Shown one piece after another: positions 1 through 13,039 of a stretch of 64,000 bases of DNA. The notes under the pieces are model-generated. The model was not told the origin of the DNA. It saw only the letters and a list, made by a program, of their open reading frames with translations, and did no database searches. This DNA is from Lepidodermella squamata (taxonomy: Eukaryota > Animalia > Gastrotricha). The stretch is taken from contig JBLDXI010000014.1 of NCBI GenBank assembly GCA_047495785.1, forward strand, positions 186,001 to 250,000, read 5' to 3'. The position numbers and the translations under genes were made by a program. Every line of letters starts with the position of its first letter. The first letter of the stretch is position 1.

Positions 1-3000
1 TCCAACCGGGCAGTAACAAGATCCTACAGAAAAATTCCTGATTCAGAGTGAACAAAGAAAAGGAAGAATTTCACCTGTAGCAGGTTCACAACCAACAGCT
101 TCGAGGTAGCCGCCTGAAACTGTATCCATCGAAAGCGAGTCCAGCTCGGAAGCGTATTTAGCAGATGAAAATTGGAAGCCGCCACCTGCCAGCGGTGCCA
201 TCATAACGGAGCAGTTGCACGCCTGTGAGCATTCAGGGCCGAAATAGCCGAACGGGCAGTCTTCGGCACACTGCACGCCGATTTTGCCGGGCGGGCACAC
301 GCACTTGCCCGAGACTGGGTCGCAGCCGTAGGGTGCGCAGTCGAGGCAAGCGTCCAGACACATGGGTCCATATCGACCGGGTGGACAAGCTGTCATTTCA
401 TCGAAAATTAACTCACGTTCAATGTAATGATATTTTGTACTGACGGTCTGTAGCGTCATATCGCAATTACTTTTAAATATCTAATACTCAGCTATATTAG
501 TTATACGGGGGTGAGTATTGGGATCAAAAAAGCTGACGTTCGCTGACTTACGAAGTGAGCAGGTATCTCCATAGTAGCCGTTCGCGCAGTCGGTTCGCGG
601 GCACTGGCCGGATGCTGAAAAAACATCAACGCAGGGCAATTAAAATGCGGTGCGAAATTCGATAATATCAATCGGCGGCGCGTCAACGCCGACGAAATGT
701 CACGTACCGGGATCGCACAGTAGAGAGCAGTCATCGGGGCACGTTGCCGAACAGTTCGAGCCATAGTAACCCGCGACGCACGGCTCGTCGCACTTGTCGC
801 CGCGAAAGCCACTCTGGCAGATGCACGCACCAGTCTGCGAAAAAATTATGCGAAAATTTAATTTTAATTTTTAAGGAGGGTTAATTCTTACAGTAGCATT
901 GCAGGCTTGGGTGTGTTGCATGTTGCAGTCGCACTCGGCCTCGCAGAATTTTCCGAAGCGACCAGTCGGACACGGTGCACAGCTGGGTCCGAAGTAACCA
1001 GGCTGGCACTGGCAGAAGCCGAGGTCAGGATCGCACTCGCCCGACACGCACTTACTAGAGCAGCGGTTGGCGCATTCGGGCGGGCCGTACAAGCCTGATG
1101 CCACCAGCAAAGACAACAAGCATCATCATCATCATCATTTGAATACGTATACAATGAGAATGAAACAAAAACAAAAGAGGCCAGCACGGTGAGTAAACAC
1201 TCGGGCGAGATTTCGCTCGCCTCTCTTTATCAAATTCGGTGTGTATGCGAAGGGCCCGTCGAGAATTCTTACTGCTGAGATAAACAATAACAAAGCCATT
1301 AGACAAGAGGCGGGGACACGCTGCTAAAAAAAATCGGCGTAGCACGCACGCGCGTTCAATAATTGAATTTCGCGCAGGCATGTCATTTTTTTCTCGCATC
1401 TAAGAAATTATTGCGCCGGCATCATCGCATATGACGAACCAGTACTGTAGCGTATGAATAGCCGCTATTATAAGTTTATTGAATCGCGGGCATTTTGCGA
1501 CCGCGACGCCGGCTCACTGCAGAACAATAATCTCGGCTGTGAAATAAGCCTCATCGATACGCGCGCGCGCGCGCGAGCCCATTACAAAGCCGCGCCCTCT
1601 TGCGCTGGCCATTTTTTGGCGATCAGGCACTTGCTAAATCGCTTTTGTCGTCGCAATATTTTTCATGGCGCGCGCGTGCGCGGTGAACCTAATAGCTGGC
1701 GATTACGGGCGAACGACCGCACCTCTAGCTAAAAAACTGAATGCCACACAGTGCGGCGGCTGTAAGCTTACAACAATATGCGAAGACATGATGTGAAATG
1801 CATTAAAAATGTCAATGGCGCGTGTGTGCTGTGTTTGTTTTACGAAAATCGAACGTGCGATATAAGTTCGAACGACAAGAAATTAAAGCATCCGGTCATA
1901 ACAAAGGCGCCGCACGCCCTCGTCGTCGAGTGGCTAGCATTTACTCGCCGTTTTTTTCCACTCCAACGGAAAAACGCACCTTTCGGACAGCCGATTTGAC
2001 AACGCTCGCCCGAAGTGCCGGCTGGGCAGAGGCAGCGCCCGGTGGCGCGGTCACACGGCGCCTTGTGTTGGCAAGGACCACATTCGAGGGAACAGTCAGG
2101 CCCGTAGCGTCCCTGGATTCATCGATTATTTATCCATAAATTATAGGAAATGATGGTTATATACCTGTTTGCAAACACTGGGCTGTTGATCAGCTATCGG
2201 CGGCGTCGGGGTACTCGGTGGCTCGGGCTCGTTGACCTCGGCAGATTTTAATAATCTCGGAACGAATGCGATTGATTCTATACGGATCTTCGCCGATGGG
2301 GCTGCCCCAGTGCCTCGTTGATCGGCGACAGGTGTCATTGAGGCATTGTCAGGCGCCAACAAATTATTTAGATCCTTGAAACCTAAAAATCAGAATATTA
2401 CTAGGAGGTGCCTAAATAAATGAAGTAAACAAACAAGTCGCTTTATCGACGGGCGACAATTGGTAACCAGGGCGACATGCGCAACGATAAGAGCCATCAG
2501 TATTTATACAAATGTGATCACAGATTGGGAACGAGTTCGAAACTGCCGCCTCAATTATTCGAACGGTCCGATTCTCGGCGCATTCGTCAATGTCTAGAAA
2601 TAAATAGCAGAAGAAATAGGAATAGTGAGGTGATTCGCAACACAAACTCACCGATACAACCGCATTTGTTTGCTGCTAAGCGGAATCCAAGCTTGCATTG
2701 GCATTTGAAAGAACCTATAAATTTTTCAAAGTTAACGAGTTTAATCTTAATTGTAACTTATACCTGGGGTGTTTATGCATGTCTCGGCGCAGCAGTGAGT
2801 TCCAAGGGAGCATTCGTCAACGTCTAAAAATCTCAAGCTCGTTTAATTCATTGATCTCTTATTTCTTGGATAGCCTCACCTAAGCAGCCAGTCCTGTTCG
2901 AATCAAGTTTATAACCGGAACCACATGAGCATACAACACCTACGAAAAATGTGAGCAATATTAGAATGATCTAGAATTCAGTTAGTTGAGATATTTAAGG

Positions 3001-4955
3001 CTGGTATCGGCGAGGAATCGATATTATAACAAACCTGCGGGTGTGTCCTGGCACAGTTGCTCACAGCCTCCGTTTTTGTGGCGGCACGACGCCGTGACCT
3101 CGGCCACTTCGCGGTTGTAATCAATGCGCACAACTGTCGGCGCGCGCTGATTTTGCCGCTGTTGCTGGCTGGCTACTTTCGGTGCTCGATCAGCTGCTGC
3201 AAAAGCACAACAAAAACAACACATTGCGATCATTCCGCTATATTATGTTCATCAATTATTCATCGGTAAACATCAATAAAACGACAAAAAATCATCAGCT
3301 CACATGCGGCCGTGCGGCTGGACAACAGCGCCGCAGCCGGCGGGGCAGCGGCTTGGGGAGCAGTCGGTGATTTCGTGACGTTGCTAGCCACAGTCGAGTT
3401 TCCATCACTCTGAAGACAGGTCCTGTCGTCGTCTTGCAACGTGTAACCGGCGTAACACTGGCACGAGAACGAACCGACGGTGTTTCGGCAAATCTGGGAG
3501 CAAGTGCTCGCCCGCTCATCGTCCTCAGGCTCACTTTCCTCCATGCTATAGATTCGGATAGGTTTGAATTCCGGCTGCCCGTCCATTTGCTTTTTCTCAA
3601 CACACTCGTCCACGTCTATATAAAAATTATATTAAGTGAGCAAATTTGGTTCAAAATTGAGATCTCCCTTAATTTTCTGTTGCATTTAATTTGTATGATT
3701 ATTTAATCGCTAACCCTCGCAAGACCGTTTGTCAGCAGCCAGTCTGAATCCGGGATAGCAGTCGCAGATGACTGACTTGCGTTCCGACGAGGTGAAGTAC
3801 TGCCGGCGGCGGCATATGTGAGCGCAGCCGCCGTTGTGAACCGAACAGCTGTAGAAGGGCGCAGCTGACGACGACGCCGCCTCGTCGACAAAGGCCAGCG
3901 TCGTCGTCTGCGTCGCGGCGACTGATGGCGCCGGAGTCGACACGCTGCGATTCCCGACGAGAGTGTGAGTGACAAGGTCGACAATTTCAACCGGTTCACC
4001 TGAATCAGTAAATTAAAAAAAAAGCTGTAAAAAATTCTGCAGAAATACCAATGCAGGAGAGGCCATCGGGAGCGAGGCGTCGGGGCAGTTTACATGAGCA
4101 AAGGTAACTGCCGAACGTATTCTGGCATTGCTCTTGGCAGCCGCCGTTGTTTTGGGCGCACTCGTCCACGTCTATGCTGCATGTTTTGCCCTGAAGGCCA
4201 GGTCGGCAGCGGCACCGGTGACTGAAAATTCCGGGCCGGCAAAGTGAGGCGAATCCGCACTCGGTGTTGTCGCACGACCGGTAAGGGCAGCCAAAGTCCT
4301 GCGAGCCGACGCGAAACCAGCCGCGGCAGCATGACGGCTCGGCGATGACCTCGGGTATAATAATCGGCTCGAGAGTGTCGTAATAAATTAATCTACAAAT
4401 AATTAGGTAAAATAGAAATATGAGATAATGCTCAACAAACTTTTGTTCCCGCTTCAGACACCCTACGCCGTCGGTTTCCTCCTCGCTGCCGGTACAATTT
4501 TGAGACCGATAGGTTAAATAAGGACCCGGTTTCGATTTACGGCAAAGCTTCCAATCACGCCTCAGTTGAATCGATTTGCGCTCGCAAACGTTTGGCCTGT
4601 AAAAAAGTTGGGTAAAATCAGAAAACAATTCGATTGTACGATTCTCTTACATTCCATTGCTTAGCCTGCGAGGCGAAGGTGTTCTTTGGTATGAACGACG
4701 GGTGGCATATCCATAAGGTAGTTCTTCATCTTCGGAAACAGGTGAATCCCAGAGAGGATGCTGCGGGTCGTCGTACGAGATAACTTCCTCGCCGCCGCTA
4801 TCAACTAAAGCCGGCTCGAGGTTATCGGGTTCGTTTTCTTGCTTTTGAGAAACACTCGGCTGCTTCCAAAAGCCGTCGCCATTTACGGGAAGGATAATTA
4901 AAAATTGAGCAGAAATCATCACCGTGAGAACCAGATTCATTGAGCGGTAAATCAT
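1..4955 (-). CDS. MEGF6: Multiple EGF-like domains protein 6 (signal peptide, EMI domain, cbEGF repeats, laminin-type EGF repeats); multi-exon, 3' part continues beyond the left edge
   Basis: ATG at 4955 (aaaaaaATG) gives a signal peptide [29 protein letters not shown]-like PNVCERK...SCCRGW, then [41 protein letters not shown], further cbEGFs (DIDECAEN...[12 protein letters not shown]) and laminin-type EGFs ([10 protein letters not shown]...[13 protein letters not shown]) in successive GT-AG exons. Domain order matches MEGF6. Confidence 0.85.
1560..1575. repeat. (CG)8 alternating tract in a MEGF6 intron
   Basis: cgcgcgcgcgcgcgcg read directly; a similar tract lies near 9951-9965. Confidence 0.9.
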
Positions 4956-7900
4956 TTTTTTGATAATGAGATGATTAGGATAGTCGATAAAGTTACAGAA
5001 GATAATCACCTCACTAAGGATCGATTTCGCTGAGTTCGGCGTGGTAACTTTAACATAATAATTAATTAAAACTGTGATCTAGGAAAATGCGAAAAGATGA
5101 ATTAAGATTCGGAAAACAAGCATTAGAACTGTGCGAGGGATTTATGTTTTGGTTCAAGTAAATGGTCTGTAAGAGAAGCGGCACTTGAGCTCAGATAACA
5201 AGGGTTGAGAAATTTCAATACGCCACCGCACATTTCACCTGTGGAATAATTTGTTTAAAAACACCGGCGCAGATTAAGGTGGGTGGTTTTGTTTGCGCAG
5301 TTTTTGCCGGCTCGTCGCGTGTCACCTGAATGGCCGCGCTCGGCCGCGCAGAATAGAAATTAATTAGGGCGCGCGCGGCGAACGGCACGCGCGCGTCGAG
5401 CAGGCCTCGATTGTTGTCGAGCCGGGCTGGAGAGCAAATTTTTTGCCCGGCACCAGGGCACTTGACGCTGACATGCGATTCGGCGCGCTCCAAGCACGCC
5501 GCCGTCGCGATACCTTTGTTTACAGCTCGCTAATTAGCGTAAACACGCCCGGTCGAGGGCACGGCGATAACAATAAACAACAGAGAGAGCGCGCTCGTTC
5601 ACATAATAACAGAACAACCGAAAATAACCGGTAGCATGACCGCGGAGATATATTCTGTAACAGCAATAAATAATGATTATTTACCGGCGGACAAAGACGG
5701 GCGCCTCTCAATGGCGAAATTACGACGTGAACAGCGAGGAAGAAAAAGAGCGCATCATCAGCGCATGCGCAAGTCAACAAACGCGCATCGCCAGTCGCAG
5801 TTTTTCAGCGACGCCAGGCGGGCTAAGCCGATTTTACGGCGCAAAATAACAGCGACAACGACGTCATTGCTTGGCTGGTATATGCCGGAGGAATTAAATC
5901 TGAGACATTTTACGGGCGTTGCGCAACCGTGTCAGGTGGTGTTGTGTGGTACTTACTTTATCTACTCGGCACTTGGCCTGTGAAGACGGCACCTGGCCGA
6001 ACTTTTGGCTCGCCTTATCGCCGGAGCTGACACTTGGCGACGTTAAATTTATCGCTACCAGTTTTAATTGCCGCCCGTCGAGTAGTTCATGACCAGTTGA
6101 CAACACTTGTGCGCGAAGATCACGGCGCTACCTGGTTGTAGGCTACTACACCACAAACCAAAACTCGGGATTGACGCCGGGGAGAGATACGGTGCAAAAC
6201 ACGGGCAGAAGTAGTAGTTTATTGCTGTGTTTATTACTGTAATCTCAGAGTAAATAAACAAGTGTGACTTGGGCGACTGCGCAATGCACTACGTTTCAGA
6301 TGAACCGGGCGCGGCTCGGCGTCGCCGAATGCCACGCTACACCGCGATAAATGCGCGAATGCTCGAGCCAGGCACGTCGCGGCATGTAATAAGCCACGCG
6401 CTGCCATCGACTTCGCGAGACAAACCGCTTTATTCTGCTCCGCGAAAATTTCAGGACTCTTTCTTTATCATTAAGGAGGTAACAGCTTGTGAGATGATGA
6501 AAGCATTATACTGGAAAAATCCCTGTTCAAGTCTGTCAATTCCATCTGGAAATCTAGACAAGTCGTGAGGCAAACCGATATTGAAAGAATAATTTCAAGT
6601 TTCCATTTAATTTTTATAATTAAAAAATGAAAAACTATCCCAGCTCGATTGAACCTGACACAAGTGCTAAGTTCATCATGAAAAATTAATCGATGCTGTA
6701 TGGATGACTGTCGAACTTATAGTTTGTACAATCCAATATAGCCACCCTAACCTTTGACATGATTATAGTGGCGGGTGGCGGATCCTTGAACAAACTTCCA
6801 AGTGAACCATAGCTCAAAAATGCATCATAGTGTTTTTACCTCGCACTCCTCAATGCACAATTTGGGAATTTAATTGTCAAATTTTTTTCCTCCAACTCGC
6901 GTGTAGTATCGCTATAGTGATGGGTTTCGGATGGCGCTGAGGCAGAGTAATTTCCCTACTGCAGTTCATTACTGGGTTCACATTATACTCAGCCACAATT
7001 GGATGGCGATCTCTAAGACCAAGTACACGTACCCTAGAGCATTGTTTTTTTCATCGTTAAAGTAACTGTATCATCGTTGAAGTATAATGCAGAGATGAAA
7101 CCCTCGTCGCTGCCCACACATGACAAAGTCGTACTTGACAATCATCACTCTTTACTTCCAACAACGAGCTCAAACATCGTGGGCGAGTGGTTCAAAAAAT
7201 GACTTCAAACATGTTATTAAAACGGCTTCAGCTGCTACAAAATAGTACATGCAGCACCGGCAAACTTTGCGGCAACAACAAATCTGCACCGAAACGTTCT
7301 GCTTTGCCAATGAGCCAATTCAAGGCCTCGGTTGTAGTCACCGGCGAAAAACCGATTCTGATTTTCGCCCGAGCTTTCAATTTTGAAGTGTTTGAATTCT
7401 TCTCAGAACCCAAGTGCTTGAAGCGTCCAGGCAAACACTACAGAGCACTTGCCATTTTCAAGTTATTTACCAAAAAACTAAAAATCAATTGCAGCTTCGT
7501 GTATCGAACCCAGGACCACATGTGGCACACCCATGTATCTGAACCACTGCGCCACGCTTTACTGTAACAGAAGTAGTACAATTACGCCCTTATATAGTTA
7601 ATTTTTAATTTTGAAATTTTCAAGGTTTCTCAGATTCAAAGGTTAAAGCAGGTCACGCCTTTCAATAATGTCCATCGTCGGGTTTATTTATAAATTTTTT
7701 CATGAAATAATTTGGAGCGTTTGTTGCCCTTTCGTTTCTATTCATGAGACGTACTATAGTACTATGTTTCTATTAGCTCTAATCGAAAGACGTAATGAAA
7801 TGCTGGAATCTGGGATGCTCCTAACTTGGCCGAACTCGTCATAGCTTCTGTGTTTTCTTGCCATATCGGAACAACACCCATCGAGATTATACAATATAAC

Positions 7901-8227
7901 ACAGTTCATATTATAATAGTTCAAAGTTCAGGGCTTTTTACTTTAAAAAATGAAGCCGTGTGCGCAGGTGCGCAGGTGCGCAGCAATCACGCGATATCAC
8001 TACGAAAAACTAAGCATATGGCATAATTCCTTTTATGAAGCTGGCATATCGTCATAATGAGCTTTTTCCTTTCTACTGTTAACCATAAACAGTGCTCTAG
8101 TGGCGGTTGTTATCTCTATACAGAAATGCGCAATTATCCGGAAATTATAAAATTATTTGATTCATATATACCTATATATTTATTACTAATTCAAATGCTA
8201 TGTCTAAGTATTTTCCGTTTTAGAAAA

Positions 8228-9058
8228 ATGAATGATAATGAATTCAAAATCAGAAATAGCAGTACTGCTGATAATTCTGAGCTGGCTTGTGAATTTGCTG
8301 AATATTCTACTCCTCCGGTCTATGAGAAAGGCCGTACTCAGCTGCACTGGGCTGCCGCGAAGGGCTGTCTCGATGCGGTTCGGTATTTGTCATGTCGCTT
8401 CCCTGAAGAAGTTAACCTGCACGATGGCAATCGCAGTCAAACCCCTATCATGCTGGCAGCTGAAAATGGGCATCTGTCCATAGTAATATTTCTATCAACG
8501 CATTGGCCAGAGACAGTTTATGCAACCGACATTTTGGCTCAAACCCCGGTTATACTTGCGGCGAAAAATGGTTGGATGAGGGTGGTTCAGTACCTCACGC
8601 GGCAATGTCCGGACTGCTTGGTGGTGACAGACAGTCATAGACGAACGCCGGTCCTGTGGGCAGCGGCGAAAGGCCACTTTGGCGTCGTCGAATGTCTCAC
8701 GAGTTACCGCCCCGATTCGATTCAGATCGCCGATTGTTACAAGCGCACACCGTTGGCCTGGGCTGCCATGAACGGCCATTTTGAATGCGTTAAACTTCTG
8801 CTGGCAGAATGGCCAAAGGCGGCACTTATCGCCGATGAACTGATGGGCCAGACGCCGCTGTCGCTCGCAGCAGAGCGTGGCCTTATCGAAGTAGTACGGC
8901 TTTTGTTGAAATCGGCGCCTTCAGCAGCGAGCCAGCTCGACTTGCGGGGCGAAAGTGCATTAACGCTGGCGTCGAAAAACGGCCATCTACGGGTTGCTCA
9001 GCTGATAACCGCTCTGACTACAGCGAAGAGCAAAAGCCATTCCGAAAGTTCAATATGA
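8228..9058 (+). CDS. Ankyrin-repeat protein (7 repeats), intronless CDS
   Basis: Repeats GRTQLHWAAAKG, QTPIMLAAENGH, QTPVILAAKNGW, RTPVLWAAAKGH, RTPLAWAAMNGH, QTPLSLAAERGL, ESALTLASKNGH. Likely start is ttttag|aaaaATG at 8228; the ORF part from 8057 is AT-rich and intron-like. AATAAA follows the stop. Confidence 0.85.
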   Translation: MNDNEFKIRNSSTADNSELACEFAEYSTPPVYEKGRTQLHWAAAKGCLDAVRYLSCRFPEEVNLHDGNRSQTPIMLAAENGHLSIVIFLSTHWPETVYATDILAQTPVILAAKNGWMRVVQYLTRQCPDCLVVTDSHRRTPVLWAAAKGHFGVVECLTSYRPDSIQIADCYKRTPLAWAAMNGHFECVKLLLAEWPKAALIADELMGQTPLSLAAERGLIEVVRLLLKSAPSAASQLDLRGESALTLASKNGHLRVAQLITALTTAKSKSHSESSI

Positions 9059-10517
9059 GCTCAAAATAAATAAAACATATTTTCAATAAATTTGTGTATT
9101 TTTTATTGCACCGGTTTTCTCCGCAGTTAATAAATGTTCCCACCCTAGTGGCTATAATTATTGGTTGCGCTTCTGCTTTCTCTAAACAGGGAAACTATTA
9201 TTTTAACGTTGCACTGGAAAATACAAAAGCATGAACAGAGTCATATACGGCAAAGTTTAGAGAAATCTCCCACTTTTTCTTTCTTTGCCCGTTTGTCGCG
9301 ATTAATGAGTGGTCTCTCTCTCCAGTGCATTTTCAAGCCCATTTTAGCCCAAGTTTCCTGCTGTGCTGAATGCTGTACTTATGAGAGCATGTATTTAACA
9401 GCTAGTTTTCGTTGAACTGCTTTCTTTCATTTTAGAGACCAATTTCAGGTGACCCGAGCTTCGCTTTCTACAAACACTGCATTGTCTCCGAGGCATATAT
9501 TATGCATTTTTTAAGGGCATATGTGAAGCTCACTTCAACTTACTAGGTAAAAGTTTCATCTCAGATGGACTATATTGGTCACCGTAGAACTCAGTCGAGC
9601 CTAGCATCAACGTTTACGTCTTTCGCCACACGTTCAAAGAAATAAGTCAAACAACATTTGGCAATAAACAGGACCAGCGACAGTAAACGATATGTTTGTC
9701 GTCCATTATGTTCACTTTCATCGATGTATATAGATATAGAAACGTGCTGGCGCGTGTTGACTCTACGACAGAAAAGCTACCGTCGCAAATACGCGAAAAG
9801 TTTGGAAAATTTCGCAAAAATTCGAGCGTGTTTGCCGAACAAGACGCGCGTAAAGATGAACCCTCAATTATGCGCGCAATTACTTGTATCGCATCGCAAG
9901 CGTTGCCATATATTACTTTGTAGGTATAGCTGGTTTTCTTCGAAGGCGCACGCGCGCGCGCGCGCTCGCAAATGCCGCGAAAGAAACAAAACACCGAATG
10001 CCGGCGGCGGCGGTGGCGACAGGCGCACCTCCGAAATATATTGCGAATTTCCACTTTTGAAGTCTCGTCCGTGTTGTTGCGCACCTGTTGGCCGGCTTGC
10101 GCGTGTTTTGGCGCTGCCAAATAAAAGCTAACTGGGTCGCTATTTTCCTCCTTTATTTCTCACCTGGACGGCGCCAATTATTTCGCAATTTTTAACGCGG
10201 GCAAAGTAGCAATATTTTTGCTAAATTTCGCAGCAATTAGGCGGCAAACACGCGCTCGCACAAATTAGCATCCCGTCTAATAATCGCTTATTACAGCGAC
10301 GTTGTGGCGAAACGCGGCTAAATAAACGTTGCGCACTGTTATTTTAAGCTAAGCGTTTAATTTTCTGTGTTTTCACAGCCCGGCGGCGTTCGCTACCGTT
10401 AACACAAGGCCTGTTGATAAAATCTGGCGCTTTTTTCTCTTCCTCTTCTTCACGGCTATAGAGTACTTAAATAAGTAACGCATCGCACGAGTTTTAGCCG
10501 CGATTGAAGGACACGCA

Positions 10518-12487
10518 ATGGTGACTGGGAGCCGCCTCACGTTGACGCGGCTGGTAGGGTGTCTGCTGCTGGGCGCGGCTACGGCGCTGGCGGTCGAATC
10601 GGCCTACGACGGCGTGTCGAACATGATTAATAACGGACGGGCCGACTACTCGCTGAGTGACACAATCGACGCGGGCGCGACTTCCGACTACGGCTCGCAG
10701 CAGACCATCGACCCGGTGTCGAGCGAGACCGAACTGCAGCCGAAACAGGCACCCCGGCGCAAAGTTTTCGGCATTGGCAGTTCGGCGAGCCGCGACATCC
10801 GCGAGACCATTGGCGGATCGTCAACCGGCGCCATCCCGGGCGCAGATGTTCGTTTCTTAACAAAAATGATGAAAATCATGCTTTAACATTTTTTAGGGTG
10901 GAGCCGCCTCGACAGGAACCTGTGATGCTGCTTGCCAGTGTTGGACCGAAGTCGGCCCAAGAGTAGGCCGAGTTGTCTTATAAATCAACGAAGCTATATG
11001 CAATTTCATTATAGGGCCCTCCTGGACCGCCCGGACTTGGTGTGCCTGGTTCCCAGGGCCCACCTGGCCCCGAAGGTGCTCGAGGTGCTGTTGGTCCTCA
11101 AGGTCCGTCCGGAACATCCGGAACTGACGGATCACCTGGCCCTAAGGTAACTTGAATAATCGAGGAAACTTGATGACATGTAATTTTGTTTATAGGGTGA
11201 TAAAGGAGCGAAAGGAGATGCAGGCCTCGCTGGTGCTGCCGGAGATCCTGGCCGAGCTGGCTTACCGGGCCCCAGTGGCCCACCTGGCATTCCGGGTACC
11301 CCAGGAAAAGACGGCGACAAGGGCCGTGATGGCCGTCCTGGCTGTCCTGTTAGTTTTCTTAAATTCCTAGATGGTGCTATTTTGGTTGAAACAATACATT
11401 AACGTGTATGGTAACTATATAGGGTTCAGCTGGTCGCCCTGGCCCTCGTGGTGATCCCGGTCCACCTGGCACCCCTGGTCCCGCTGGTGCTCCTGGCGGT
11501 TGCTGCAACATGTCAGTCCCGTATATGGCCACCGCGCCGCCCCCATCAGCAACTACGACGCAAATGATGACCACTTTAAGGACTATCACTGAGAATGCAT
11601 GTGCCCTGCAGAACGTGCCGACGCCTTACGCGCGCCACTCGCAGCGCAAAGACCCGCCAGACTGCCCGTTCAACCAGACTATGCTGTGGAGCGGTTTCAG
11701 TTTGCTGCACACCGAGGACGAAGGCCGAGCTCACGTGCAAGATCTCGGCTTGCCAGGCTCATGCCTTCAGAAGTTCGACCCTATGCCGTTTATGTTCTGC
11801 GGCCTTAACCAGGTTTGCAACTGGGGCGACCGTACTACTACGTCGTACTGGTTGGCGACTGACGAGAGGCGGCGTCTGCAACAGCTGTGGGGCATGGACG
11901 ACTCGCGAGAGGCGCCGATGGATTCAATCGAACAAATCCTCCAGCACATCTCTCGCTGCGCCGTCTGCGTGTCCTCTGGCCCTGTCATCGCCATTCACTC
12001 GCTGGCGTCGAGCATTCCCGACTGCCCGGATATGTGGAAATCGCTGTGGACAGGCTACAGCTTTGTCATGGTCTGTTATTCGAACTGATTTAGTAGATTA
12101 TTTGAATGAATAATTTCGAATTAGCATGGCGTTGGTGTGATGGGAGGTGGCCAGCCGTTGAGCAGCCCTGGCAGCTGTTTGGAAAGCTTCTCGTACAATC
12201 CTTACATCGAATGCACGGCTGAAGGCACCTGTCACTATTACTCGGAGAAGATGATGTGAGTCCTAGATACGGCTGATTGATACATTTTATTTGTTTCTTA
12301 TCAACACAGGTACTGGATGCTCGCCTTCGACAAGGTGTCCGTCGGCCAAGCCCGGCACATCACTGTTATGAAGCGCGAGAACGTGACCGACAAGGTCAGT
12401 CGGTGTCGCGTCTGCCAGATGGACGTGGCCACGCAGTGCGAGCGCACGCGCACGCAACGACTCACCACCTCTGTGCCTACATTCTAG
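10518..12487 (+). CDS. Short-chain type IV collagen-like protein (about 545 aa; signal peptide, about 40 Gly-X-Y triplets, two-repeat C4/NC1 domain)
   Basis: Exons 10518-10847, 10897-10962, 11015-11146, 11196-11348, 11423-12070, 12125-12255, 12310-12487, all GT-AG and in frame. NC1 motifs RHSQ...LWSGFSLL...[10 protein letters not shown]...PFMFC...SYWL...ISRCAVC, then IAIHS...[10 protein letters not shown]...[14 protein letters not shown]...IEC...GTCHYY...VSRCRVC. Confidence 0.92.
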
Positions 12488-13039
12488 ATTATGTATTTTT
12501 GTCGTATTTTTTTCGTCAAATCATTATTACTGCCAAAAAACTGCGTGTGTCATTTTCAAATGTTTGATGCTTGTGCTGCGCTCAGCGTTGTTGATTGTTC
12601 GCAACCTATCATGTCGACATCAAAAAAGTTCGTCTCTCTAAGCAAACCCTTAAAATCGCTCACTTTTTGCGTCTGATGAAACTTATTCTTCGTTTATATT
12701 AGTCCCGCAGGTTGTGAAGTGTGTTAAACACAAAAGAGGTATCAATGCGGCAATCTTACGTGACGTTGCGTGTAAAGCGACAATCGCTTGTTTCCTTCAT
12801 CGCTATTCCACTCTCATCTTCATCGCCACGGAATCTGCTATTTCGAGCCTCACTACTCGCGTTCGCTTTTGAAAAAAATGTTAGATTTTACTTCACAAAA
12901 ATTAGCGCTAATAACTTCTTCTTTTACCTAAAATTAGTCTGGCTGATAGTAATTATGAAATGAACAGAGACGAAATATCTCTTCAAGCTACATATAAATA
13001 TATATATTTACACCCTGCCATATTTAATAATAAAAAAAG

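Noticed and set aside
5215-7567. Many 60-126 aa ORFs upstream of MEGF6, including a WD40-like 'SDDCQVRL' word on the minus strand near 7130
   Set aside because: No sustained domain pattern or consistent splice structure; expected by chance in GC-rich non-coding DNA.
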